DNA of 59,465 nucleotides, filler included, from Malassezia furfur (lineage: Eukaryota): NCBI GenBank assembly GCA_052055015.1. It is 3 parts of 3 records of this genome, joined end to end, with 100 filler letters (N's around TTAATTAATTAA, not from the genome) between each part and the next. Parts side by side here need not be neighbours in the genome. Positions count along the whole stretch, not along the records: positions 1 to 19,850 come from JBQJIT010000182.1; 2 more parts are not named here. One strand, 5' to 3'. The notes under the pieces were generated by a model that was given only the letters and a program-made list of their open reading frames with translations, searched no databases and was not told the origin of the DNA. This document shows positions 1-10,043 of the stretch, one piece after another; positions within the stretch are counted from its first letter, which is position 1; each line of letters starts with the position of its first letter. Made by a program: the position numbers and the translations under genes.

Positions 1-2162
1 TGCCTGCGAGCGGCTGCGGCAGCGGACGCGGCGGCTTGGCCGACGGCGTCGTGGGCGACGGCGGCGCGGTGTAGCGCGGCGCGTCGGGCGCGAGGTGCAT
101 GGCCTGCATGCCCTGCGCGAGCTGCGTGTGCGACGACGAGGGCGACACGGCGGGTGCGGCCGTCTTGAGCGTAGGGATCGCCGCGGCGCTGGCGCTCGAT
201 GTGTCGTGCATCGCCGGCGGCGTTGGGGCCGGCGGCGGGACCGCCGGGGTGTCTGTGGACAGCTTGAGCGGCGAGCGGCTCGTCTGGCGGTCCTTGTTGA
301 TGGTGGCGATGTTGCTCAGCAGCTGGTTGGCCATCTCCATCGACATCCCGCAGAAGTCCGGCACCAGGTGCGCACAGTCGGCGTGGCACGTCAGGTCGCA
401 CTCGCTGCACTTGCGGTTCGTGCGGCGGCCGAGCGGCAGCATGTAGCCGCAGTGGCAGCACCAGTTCGCACCGAGGTTCGTAAACGGCTCCCAGCGGTGG
501 GGGATGCGGTGGTTGAGCTTCACCTCGTCCCGGTCGGGGTCAGTGTTGCTCTTGCTGATGCACTTGGTGACCACCTTTTGCGCACACTTGCGGTGGCATG
601 TGTAGTTGCAATCCTGGCACTGGCTGCCCGCGGCGTTCAGCAGGATCTCGCCGCAGAGCGCGCATCGGATCATCTGGTAGAACTGCCGCTGAACGAACTT
701 GTGCCCGTTCACCTCCGAGACGTCCTCGCGGCGCTTGCGCAGTGCACCCTGGCGGCCAAGGCGCGCGTCGTACGGGCGCTTCTGCACATTCTGCTTCACA
801 AAGTTGAGCCGGAGCAAAATCGCACCGATCGGCTCCACGGCGAACCAGCCCTCGATGCCGCTCTCGACGGGCTTGGTCGGCACCAACTGCCCGGCCGGCG
901 TGTTGTAGAACGCGTCGCTGCCGGACGTCTTGTCGATCGTCGGCACCGACGGCTCCTGGCGCATGCGATCCGCCGTGACCCACTCCCCGCTCTGCCCATT
1001 GGCGGGCGATTGCGCGGGGCTGCTCTCCGGGCCGCCGACCTGACCAAACTTTTTGCGCCGCAGCTGGTCAACAAGGTCGCTGATCTTGATCCACACTAGG
1101 CCCACCGGCACCGGCTGGGCAGAGCCCACGCGGTCGTACACAATTAGCTCGATCTCGTTCGCATTGTCGATGGGCAGCTGGAAGTCTTCGTTCCACTGGT
1201 CGATGCGCGAGGCCTGCGTCTGCACACGCTCCGTGTCCTCAATCTTGAGCGCAATGTACGACTCGCGCGCACTACGCGCGCCGCTCGGCATTGCCGCGTG
1301 GTCGATGTCTTTCACCGCCTTGATCGAGATCGACAGCGTACCCGTCTGCGGCTTGCGCGCGCGCCGATTCGCATACACGTTCTCCTCTTCCGCCTTGGTC
1401 TCGTCGGGGTCGAGCACGTTGAGCTGCATGTACCGCTTGAGCGCCTGCTGGATCAGCACGAGCTTGCTCGCGCTCTCCGCATACCGCCGCTCGGCATCGT
1501 GCATGCTGCGCCGGTCGCCCTCAGCCTGGTAGAGCTTGGCGATCTTTTCAAAGCCTTGCTTGTACTGCCGCTCGAGCTGCAGCTTGTGCTCCAGCTGCTC
1601 GATCATGCGCGTGATCTTGGCATGCGTCAGCGGCGTCTCACACTTCATCAGGTCGAGGTTCGTGTAGTTGCGCCGCGTCATGGTCTCGTCGCGGCGCAGC
1701 GCACCGTCGGCCGCCGGCGCCACGTCGGGCACACTGCCCGGCACGCCGTACGCCGCAAACGCCCCGCTCCGGTACGCGGCGCTGCTGTCGATCGGGTAGC
1801 CCGGCTGTGGCGCACCCACAGACGACACCGACATGCGCTGCCCGGTCTGGGCCGCCACACTGGCGTCCATCGGCGTCATGCTGCGCCGCGCCGTCGGCGA
1901 CGAAGCCACGGGCGGCGGCGCGCCCATGTCCACCGAGCTGCGCGTCTGCAGCGAGTGCAGGCTCTCTTCGAGATACGAAATTGTCTGTTGCGCATTGCGG
2001 ATGTTCGACTCCGCCTGCCGGATCACGTCGGGGTTCGGCGTCGCGTTGCGCAACGTCTGGAACCCCTCAATCATCCGGCGTTGTTTCTGGATGCGCGCCT
2101 GCACATCCTCAATCCGACTGCTCGTAGAGGACTGCCACGTAAGCCTCTTCACCTACCTGCAT
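1..2162 (-). CDS. PKC1: Protein kinase C (fungal Pkc1), 5' part; continues beyond left edge of window
   Basis: ATG CAG at 2162, 25-nt intron 2156-2132, then HR1-like SRIEDVQARIQKQRRMIEGFQ. Two C1 zinc fingers follow (e.g. GHKFVQRQFYQMIRCALC...CQDCNYTCHRKC). Not in the ORF track because the frame runs off the window. Confidence 0.92.
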
Positions 2163-2362
2163 CGTACACCAACCACTCCGTCAATCCCAATCCACTCTTG
2201 TCGCACGCCCCCTCTGCGCGTGGTGGGTGGACACGGACCGCTCCACCGGCGCCGCGCGGCCGGCGCCCAGCGCGGTCGAAAGCTCGGCGTGGGGCTCGGC
2301 CGAGGGAGTGTCGCGCCCGCATCGCGCGCCTCGCCAGGCACGCCTCCTCCCCTTGCCCCACG

Positions 2363-3511
2363 ATGCCGGCCTTGGCCGTGGCCGTAGAGAGGGCATCGTA
2401 TAGCGCACACGCACACGTAGACTACGAACTGTGTGCACCAGAGCACACGACCGCATGCAGCAACGCACACGACACCGACGAGCCACGGATGGTCGTCGTG
2501 ACGTATGCCTGTGCGGTCGGCATGCAGGGCACATCGCATCTCCGCCGTCTCGCATCGAGTCAACTGACCCATAGCGGCCTCCGCGATGCCCTCGAGGCAT
2601 TTTTGGTTTCAGTAGGTCACCACGCTCACCCGGAACGGCGAGCGGCTCCACGCCCGCGCATGTCACGCGACGTACACGAGCGGGGTATGGGACAGCGCGC
2701 CTTTGCGCAGCGACGTACACGGCCATGCGGCAGCGACGTGCGACACATCCAGCCCCCCTCTTGCGTGTAGGTGCACCACTCACCCAGGGCACCTTGTCCT
2801 TGCCGATGCACCGCCGCGCGTGCCACGCCCCAGGTGGCCCGTGCGCATTGCGCTCGACGTCGTCTGGCGCGCCACGGACGATGCCGCGCTTGCTGAGCGC
2901 CTGTGTGCGCCGCGATTGGGTGCTGCGCTTGCAGCAATACATGCTGAGTTGCTTGTCCGTGTGTTTACCGCTGTGTGCCATCGCACAGGCGCCGCGATGC
3001 ACGGTGCCTACGCGCAGGTACGCTGCACACGAGTCTGACGCAGCGCATGCACCGAGTCGCCCCGTTGCTATACCGCATGGCACACGACCTCACCGACGTC
3101 CTAAGTACCTCGTCCCCTTCCTCTAAACGGGCGCGAAGGCCCGATTTGCCATCGGTTGTGTATGTGGATGCCGAAGCAATGGCAGCGGCGCTGCTCGACG
3201 CCGATCAGCGTGTGTTTCCTCCGCATTCGTTCGACGTACGTACGCATCTAATCCAGCTTCTTCTCACGACGGCGGTTCCACAGGGACAGGAGGCAATGTC
3301 TACGCCACGGATGGGGCGTGTCTCGCGCGCGTCCTATGCGCTCCATGTCCCAGCGCATTCGGACGAGACGCTGCCCCTGTTCAGCACCGACACTACCTCG
3401 CCACTCGAGCTGCCGCCCAGCTCGGTCGCACTGAATGCATCGGAGAGCGAGTCGGAGGTCACATGGGCAACACCACCATCCATGAGCTCGCCAACGCGGC
3501 GGAGTGCGTAG
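2363..3511 (+). CDS. Hypothetical multi-exon protein, unknown function
   Basis: Three ORF pieces (1298.., 2703.., 2975..) join in frame through tiny introns, e.g. 2767-2787, 3018-3043 and 3236-3256, each with GTRYG/GTAGG...CTRAC/CTAAT...CAG. The 5' exon structure is uncertain. Confidence 0.55.
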
Positions 3512-3525
3512 TTACAAAGGGCTAC

Positions 3526-6500
3526 TTAGCGCTTCATGCTGGGGCGCGCGGAGCGCAGCCAGCTGGGCCCTGCTTGGGTCCCATCGTTGCCGCGCGACTC
3601 GCCCGGCGCAATGGGCGTCGGGCGCGGCGCCGTTGGCTTTTGTTTGGACCGCTCAACAATCGCGGCCCACTTGCCCTTTTTCTCTGGCGGCGTGTCCGTG
3701 GGGGGTATCGAAGGTTTGGACGGCAACGACGCTGGACGGGGGTTGGGCTTGGGCGGCAGCGGCGCTGCGGGGCGCTTGGCCGGGACAGAAGGCGGCGCTG
3801 CACTGCTTGGTGTGCTTGTTGTTGGGCGGGCGGCACCAACCGTAGGCGGTGCACGAGCGGCACCAACGGCGGGCGGCGCCGAGGGACGGGCGGACGCCGA
3901 GCGTGCTTCGGCGCCGGGGCGCGTCGTTTGTGCGGTGGGACGGGATGGCTTGGCCAGCAGGTTGATCGGCGCGGTCTTGGATGGCGGGCCTGCTTTGGGT
4001 GGCGGGGCCGCTTTGGGCGGCGGTGCATCATGGCGCGGGCGCTTGGGCGGTGGTGCGGTGCGTGCAGGAGTCGCCGGCGCACGTGCGGCAGGTCGCGCGG
4101 CGCTGCGGTCCTCCAGCCGCCCTGGTGTCGCTGGTTCGTGCGCTGCAATGCTCGTCTGCACACGCGTCGGTGCACGGAATGTATGGGCATCGACGCGGAC
4201 GAGGTAGCCGAGGTTGCGTGCCTCGCACACGAGTTTTTCCCACACAGGACTCGCGCGCTCGAGCATCGCCGTGTCGCCCAGCACAAACATGTTGCTGCGT
4301 GCGCGTGTCAGGGCGACATTCAAGCGGCGCTCATCGCCCAAGAACCCGATGACGTTGCGCGGGTTGCTACGCACGCAGCTCAAGATCACCACGTCCTTTT
4401 CCTGGCCTTGGAAGCCGTCGACCGTGTTAAATGTCGCGTCGTCCAGCGCCTCGGCGCCATATCGGGCACGGAAAAGGCTGCGCATGAGCGCGACCTGCGC
4501 CTTGTACATCGTAATGAAACCAACGCGCCCGGCGAGGCTCGAACGGGCGTGCGTTCGGAGCGCATCATACAGCGCGATCGCCGCTTCCGCCTCGGCGCGG
4601 TTCACAAGCGAGTGGCCCCGCCCCGTGTCCTCTGAGCCACGCACGTCGAGCATGCGAAATGGCGCAAAGAGTGGCACGGTATGCCAGGGCTGCGCCGTAC
4701 GCTGCGCCATCGCGTCGCCGTCCGCAAGCTGCCCGTCGTAAAACGTGGACGAAGGGAACAGGCTGATGTGTGGGTGCATACGGTACTGGATGCTCAGCAG
4801 GTACACGTTCTGCGGCGCCTGCGCAAACATGCGTACAAACAGCGACTGCGAGTAGCCCAGACGCTCGGCCTCTTGCGAGATGACCGTCGGCGGCAGCTGC
4901 TTGGGGTCGCCCACCAGGATGCACCGCGTGCAGTTGTACCGGAGCGGAATGAGCGTGCTCAGCTCAACGGCCTGTACGGCCTCGTCGATGATCACCGTAT
5001 CGAACTCGAGCGGGTACAGCAGCTCGTGTCCTGCACCCGCAAGGGTTGTGCACACGACTTCGGCCTCGTTCAGCACATCGACACGCACGTGGTGCCGTCG
5101 TGCGTCGTCCATCGACGCGGTCGACTTTTCCGCGCGCGCGAGCGATTCGTGTTCCTCACGCGCCTCGAGGCGCTGGTCGGTGAGCACGTTGAGCTCCGCT
5201 TGGAGCTGGCGCGCAACGAGGGCATCCTGGGCGCGCACGAGCTCCTGTTCCTTGTTCTGCCACTGCCGCTCAATCTCGGCGAGGCGCGCGCGTGCCGCCT
5301 GCTGCTTGGCCGCCGCGTCCGTGCGCTGTCCGCGTCGGCGCTCAACGGCCGCCTCGAGCGTGGTCTCGCGCACCGCTGGATTCACGGCATCTTCCCGGCC
5401 GATACGCACGACGCGGGGTTGGATGGTGCGGCCGTCAACGTGCACACCGTGCTGGATGCGTGCGACGATCTCGTCGATCGCCGCGTTGCTCGGCGCACAC
5501 AGGAGCAGCTTGGCGCCCGATGCGCCGCTGCGCCGCCGCTGCAAAAAGGTGGCGACCAGTGCGCTGATCGTCTTGGTCTTACCCGTGCCGGGCGGCCCCT
5601 GGATCAGGGAGAAGCCGGGCGTGCGCATCGCGCCAAGCACCGCACGCGCCTGTGGTGGATTCACGCCAAAGCGCCGCACGCCCGCGGCGACATCCGCGTC
5701 GCTCACCTCGGCGCGGCGCGCGGCGCGCGCATGGAGGATGTCGTCCACGAGGCCCAAGTCGGGCACGCTGAGTAGTGCCGCATACTCGCGGCGGAGCGTC
5801 ACGAGGCTGAACAGCTTGCCGAGCTGCCACGTGTGTGCTGTACTGGATGCCTGCTGCACGGCGGTGCGCTGGGCAGGCGAGTTGGGATGGCACAGCACCG
5901 ACACGTTCAGCTCGCGCCCGCGTCCCTCGACGTTCTGTACCTTGGCGAGAAGCTGGAGACCGCTCGAGTTCTGCAGACACACCACGTCGGCATCGCTGAG
6001 CGTCCACTTGGCCGGCGGCTGCACCTTGCAGTCGAGTCGCACCAGCTCGTTCACCGTACCACCCATCGACATACCGACGGGCAGCAAATCGCTCGCCTGC
6101 AGCTCCTCCTTGGCCTGCTGGAACTGCGCCCAGCACTCGAGCAGGAAGAGCGCACCGTACACCCGCATGTATTCGCCGCTGTCGGCAAACCTCGGCGGCA
6201 CGGCCTGTGCGTGCGTCGTGAGCACCGCGCCCTGGCTATCGGACGGCGCGGGCGGATGCGCGGCGTCTGAGGCCATGTCCCACGCCAAGATGCAGCGATG
6301 CAGCTCGCTCAGGTCAGGCGCCGTGCGCAGGCGGCGCAGGCGGCCATCGTCGCGTGCACGCCGCATGGTCTTTTGTAGTGCACTGTCATCCAACAGCACG
6401 ACCGAGCGGCGCAAGGGCGCCGTGGGTTTGGTGGGCGCCGCCTTGCGCGGTGAGCGCAGTGCACGCAGACCGGCTGCGCCGCCACTTTCCTCATCGCTGC

Positions 6501-9102
6501 TGGACGAGTCCGAGTCGCTCGGCGACGGCGGACGCCGCGGCGCAGGCGCTGGCTTGATCGTGCCGGTGACACTGCTCATCGCAAGCGGCGCACGCAGCTC
6601 GTCGGGCTCGAGTGTACGCACGGGTGCATGAGGACGCCGCGCCGTATTGCGTGTCTGCTGGAACTCGGAGCGCAGCTGCGACAGGCGGCTCGGTGGGCCG
6701 CTCGCGCTCGGTGCGCTCGGCGTGCCCTTGCCAAAGCCGGTGCGCCCGGTGCTGGGCTTCACCACCGGCTTGACGCCGAGGCGGGGCAGGCCCGGCGTGC
6801 TGCGGCTCGGCACAGCGGCGGCTGCACGGAACTGGTTGCGCGGCGAGTCACCGGTCAGGTCGACGACATCGGCAGGCCGCGGTGCAAATGACAGTGTCTG
6901 TTGGCGCAACTTGCCCCCAGATGCGCCCGGGGCCAGGGCGAGCGTCGCGGACGGCGCCTTCGGGGGGGCTTGGGCCACGCGCCCCTCTTTGGGCAGCGCG
7001 AGGAATTCGTCCAAGAGCAGCTCGAGCTGGGCGGTGCTAAGCAGCGTCTTGCGCTCGCTGACCTCGGCAATGTCGAGCTGTTGCGTGAGAAAGTCGACGG
7101 CATGCTGCGTGACATGCGCTGGAAGCGACATCGACGCCTTGCTGAACGTCTGCACGACGCGGCGGATGTAGTCGGCTAGCTCTTGGAGCAGCTCCTTGTG
7201 GTTGAGACGCAGCCAGCCAATCGCGCTGTCGAGCGGCATCGCTAGCGCCGCGACGACTTCGCGCGCGCTCCATGCGGGGTCATCTAGCGCAACAACGGCC
7301 GCCGTCGTCACCGAGACGCGCTTCACCATGAACGACGCAAGCGCCGGCACGCGCGGCAGCCACGCCAGCAGCTCGTCGCGTGCAGCGGTGCGCGACCACA
7401 TCGGCACACGCACAAAGATGTGCGCCAACGCCTCCGATGCGCGGTCCCACAGCGCGAGGCAGACGGGCGCCCCACGGCCGTCGAGCGCGTGCACGGCGTC
7501 CGGGCGCGGGTGCCACGCGACAAACGGCAAAAAGAGGCCAAGGTGGTGGTCGCACAGCACGTGCAGCACATCGTCGAGGGTTTCGAGGAAGGCAGGCGCT
7601 GCGTATACGGCGCTCGGCACGCCCTCGTTGACGAGTGTGTACGTACGCAGAAAGCGGTCGAGGCTCGCGGCGGCGGCGCTTGCGTCCTCCAAAAACCGCG
7701 CATGGAGCGTCTCAAACCGCGTGAAATGCAGTCCGCGGTCGACGTCGGCGGTCGGCGTCGCGCCCGACCGGATGGCTCGCGCCTCGCAAGCGTACAGGAA
7801 GACGAGCGCATCGACGTCGCGCTCCAGCACCGCGTCCCACGCGACGCGCGTGCCGCTCGTCGATGCGACGCCAAACTGCTCAGCAATCGTCGCCATGGCG
7901 TGCCGCGTTTGCACAACGGCGGTTAGCATGCGAGCGGCGTACGTCGCCATCGCCGGGGGTTCGTCGCCCGCCGCGCGCGCGCGAGGCGCCAGCGTCTCTG
8001 CGACAGGCGCCGGGAAGAAGAGCGCGGCGATGGAGGTCGCGCGCAAAACGTACAAGCCGAGGGCCAGCACGTCGCTCTCGCTGCTGCACAGCGCGAGCGC
8101 ACATTCGTGCCACAGTGTCGCGGCGATCGTTGGACCTTGCAATGCACCGTCGTGTTGCGAGAGTGCGTCGACAAACACGCGTGCGTCAGCATCTGCACCA
8201 GACGCGTTGGCGACACGCTTGCGTTCTGCCTGCACGGCAGATGCGACGTGCGGCAGGGCCAGACATGCGTTGGCGGCTTTGACCGCGTCGTGTGCGAGGG
8301 CCAGTGCGGCGGTGCGCAGCAGACGGCGGTGCGCGATGCCGGCGGCGAGTATCTGCGTCGCATACAGGTCGAGCACGGCACACACGCTCGCATCGCCACG
8401 CAGGCGCGCCGCTGGCGTCGCGTGCGGTGTGAGCGACGCGGCAAACGCACAGCGCACGCGCCGCTCGAGGAGGAGCACGCCGAGGGTGCGGTACCGCAAG
8501 CGCATTGCCTCGGGCTCGTGCAGCTGCTGTCGTGCTTCGAGGAGGTAGTGCATGAGCTGCTTGAGCGCATGGTCATATGCCTGGTACAGATAGGAGTAAA
8601 CCGAGTCGAGAAACACGGCGAAAAAGGTATACAGCGCCTCGTCACTCGCCTCGTCGAGCCCGGGGCGATCCAAGAGGCTCGTAAGCGTGGGTACCGGGAG
8701 CCGTTTTGTATCACTTGCATCCCACACGTCGGTCGTCTCGGCGTGCAAAAGCAACGACGTGAGTGCGTGCACGAGCGGCGCAAATGGCACGGCGGGGTCG
8801 TGGATGTACGGCAAGAGGTGCACACCGAGCGTGCCGTACGCCGCAGGGTCCAGCGCAGCCGCGCGCATCCACACTGTGGCGTCGCGTCCTTGCGCGGCGC
8901 TCAGCGCCGCCACGAGGCCGTCGCCCGCGTCGCGTGCGTCGTTGGCCTTGTGCGTACGCGCATCGAACGCCGCCAGCATGCGCTCCACGCCATCGGGCGG
9001 TGGAATCGGAGGAAGCCGCGCTTCAACGGCATCGCAGTATGCGTCCGCAAGTGTGACGCCCTCTGGTGCGTCCACAACATGCGACGCCGCGAGCCATGGC
9101 AT
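3526..9102 (-). CDS. SEN1: Sen1/senataxin-like SF1 RNA/DNA helicase
   Basis: Motifs LIQGPPGTGKT, LLCAPSNAAIDE, IIDEAVQ, LVGDPKQLPPT, QYRMHP, VDGFQGQEKD and RLNVALTRAR after a long helical N-terminus. Likely start MPWLAA at 9102. Confidence 0.93.
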   Translation of the reverse strand: MPWLAASHVVDAPEGVTLADAYCDAVEARLPPIPPPDGVERMLAAFDARTHKANDARDAGDGLVAALSAAQGRDATVWMRAAALDPAAYGTLGVHLLPYIHDPAVPFAPLVHALTSLLLHAETTDVWDASDTKRLPVPTLTSLLDRPGLDEASDEALYTFFAVFLDSVYSYLYQAYDHALKQLMHYLLEARQQLHEPEAMRLRYRTLGVLLLERRVRCAFAASLTPHATPAARLRGDASVCAVLDLYATQILAAGIAHRRLLRTAALALAHDAVKAANACLALPHVASAVQAERKRVANASGADADARVFVDALSQHDGALQGPTIAATLWHECALALCSSESDVLALGLYVLRATSIAALFFPAPVAETLAPRARAAGDEPPAMATYAARMLTAVVQTRHAMATIAEQFGVASTSGTRVAWDAVLERDVDALVFLYACEARAIRSGATPTADVDRGLHFTRFETLHARFLEDASAAAASLDRFLRTYTLVNEGVPSAVYAAPAFLETLDDVLHVLCDHHLGLFLPFVAWHPRPDAVHALDGRGAPVCLALWDRASEALAHIFVRVPMWSRTAARDELLAWLPRVPALASFMVKRVSVTTAAVVALDDPAWSAREVVAALAMPLDSAIGWLRLNHKELLQELADYIRRVVQTFSKASMSLPAHVTQHAVDFLTQQLDIAEVSERKTLLSTAQLELLLDEFLALPKEGRVAQAPPKAPSATLALAPGASGGKLRQQTLSFAPRPADVVDLTGDSPRNQFRAAAAVPSRSTPGLPRLGVKPVVKPSTGRTGFGKGTPSAPSASGPPSRLSQLRSEFQQTRNTARRPHAPVRTLEPDELRAPLAMSSVTGTIKPAPAPRRPPSPSDSDSSSSDEESGGAAGLRALRSPRKAAPTKPTAPLRRSVVLLDDSALQKTMRRARDDGRLRRLRTAPDLSELHRCILAWDMASDAAHPPAPSDSQGAVLTTHAQAVPPRFADSGEYMRVYGALFLLECWAQFQQAKEELQASDLLPVGMSMGGTVNELVRLDCKVQPPAKWTLSDADVVCLQNSSGLQLLAKVQNVEGRGRELNVSVLCHPNSPAQRTAVQQASSTAHTWQLGKLFSLVTLRREYAALLSVPDLGLVDDILHARAARRAEVSDADVAAGVRRFGVNPPQARAVLGAMRTPGFSLIQGPPGTGKTKTISALVATFLQRRRSGASGAKLLLCAPSNAAIDEIVARIQHGVHVDGRTIQPRVVRIGREDAVNPAVRETTLEAAVERRRGQRTDAAAKQQAARARLAEIERQWQNKEQELVRAQDALVARQLQAELNVLTDQRLEAREEHESLARAEKSTASMDDARRHHVRVDVLNEAEVVCTTLAGAGHELLYPLEFDTVIIDEAVQAVELSTLIPLRYNCTRCILVGDPKQLPPTVISQEAERLGYSQSLFVRMFAQAPQNVYLLSIQYRMHPHISLFPSSTFYDGQLADGDAMAQRTAQPWHTVPLFAPFRMLDVRGSEDTGRGHSLVNRAEAEAAIALYDALRTHARSSLAGRVGFITMYKAQVALMRSLFRARYGAEALDDATFNTVDGFQGQEKDVVILSCVRSNPRNVIGFLGDERRLNVALTRARSNMFVLGDTAMLERASPVWEKLVCEARNLGYLVRVDAHTFRAPTRVQTSIAAHEPATPGRLEDRSAARPAARAPATPARTAPPPKRPRHDAPPPKAAPPPKAGPPSKTAPINLLAKPSRPTAQTTRPGAEARSASARPSAPPAVGAARAPPTVGAARPTTSTPSSAAPPSVPAKRPAAPLPPKPNPRPASLPSKPSIPPTDTPPEKKGKWAAIVERSKQKPTAPRPTPIAPGESRGNDGTQAGPSWLRSARPSMKR

Positions 9103-9173
9103 CCTCTGCCGCGGCGGTGTCGTGACAAATTTCGCGCCGCGCACACGTGGATCTCCACATCGCTTGCGGCACG

Positions 9174-9821
9174 ATGCCGGGCAGCGACCGGCGCACGCCG
9201 CACGCGCCTGGCCTTGCACCGGATGCACCCGAGAAGATTGCACAAGGCGTCGCTTACAAGCAACAGGGGAACGAGGCGTTTGTCGCGCGCGACTTTGCCG
9301 GAGCGTTGCATGCGTACCACCACGCGGTCCTTGTACGTCGACGACGCCTGACACAGTACCTCGCGGGGCTCGACCAGTCCCCCGCAGCGGGCGTCCTGCC
9401 CCAGCAGGCGGCACACAACGACGCCATGGACCAAAGTGTCCGTGAAGACAAGCGCGAGCTAAGCCAAGTGCGCTCCAACGTACGTTACCGTTCGCTCACG
9501 CAGATGGCCGCTTGCTACTTGCAGCTCGCGCGCTACGACCGCGCCGTCGAGTCGTGTGACCAGGCCATTGCGCTGGACACGCACAATGCGAAGGCCATGT
9601 AGGTGGTGGTGAGTGACTGACGCAGCTATCGCAAGGCACAGGCGCTCGCACGTCGCGGCGACTTGCACGCGGCACAAGACTGGCTCGCGTCGGAGCCCGC
9701 GAAGCCGTACGCCAACGACCCTGCATTTCGTGCCGAGGCTCGCGCGATTGCAGCACAGATCGAGGCGCGCGAACGGAAAAGTGCTCAGGCCCTGCGGGGA
9801 TTCTTGAGCAAGGGACGGTAG
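9174..9821 (+). CDS. Small TPR-repeat protein (TTC9/FKBP-type TPR module)
   Basis: KQQGNEAF...ALHAYHHA, SNMAACYL and NAKAIYRKAQAL after removing introns 9333-9356, 9480-9503 and 9599-9625. Confidence 0.75.
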
Positions 9822-10043
9822 AGGCCCTTTCGGGGCGCACACCCGCGGGACCCCGACGTTTCCATGGTTCCAAGCATCCTACGAAACTCGCTTATGTACC
9901 ACTGTAGCCATACTGCTAGAGCCACACTATGGGCGCCCATAGGTGGGCCGTTGGGACCGCACCTTCCCTCGGTCCCTGGCGGCCGTGCACGGACCTGTGC
10001 ATATTTCCCCCCCGGCACGGACGTGGCTCCACACGACGCCGCC

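Noticed and set aside
95..2770. Long + strand ORFs (334 and 490 aa) and many similar Arg/Ala-rich ORFs across the window
   Set aside because: Antisense or off-frame shadows of real genes in high-GC DNA.
9103..9414. N-terminal extension of the SEN1 ORF overlapping the TPR gene
   Set aside because: It starts at a non-ATG codon and is antisense to the TPR CDS; MPWLAA at 9102 is the plausible start.
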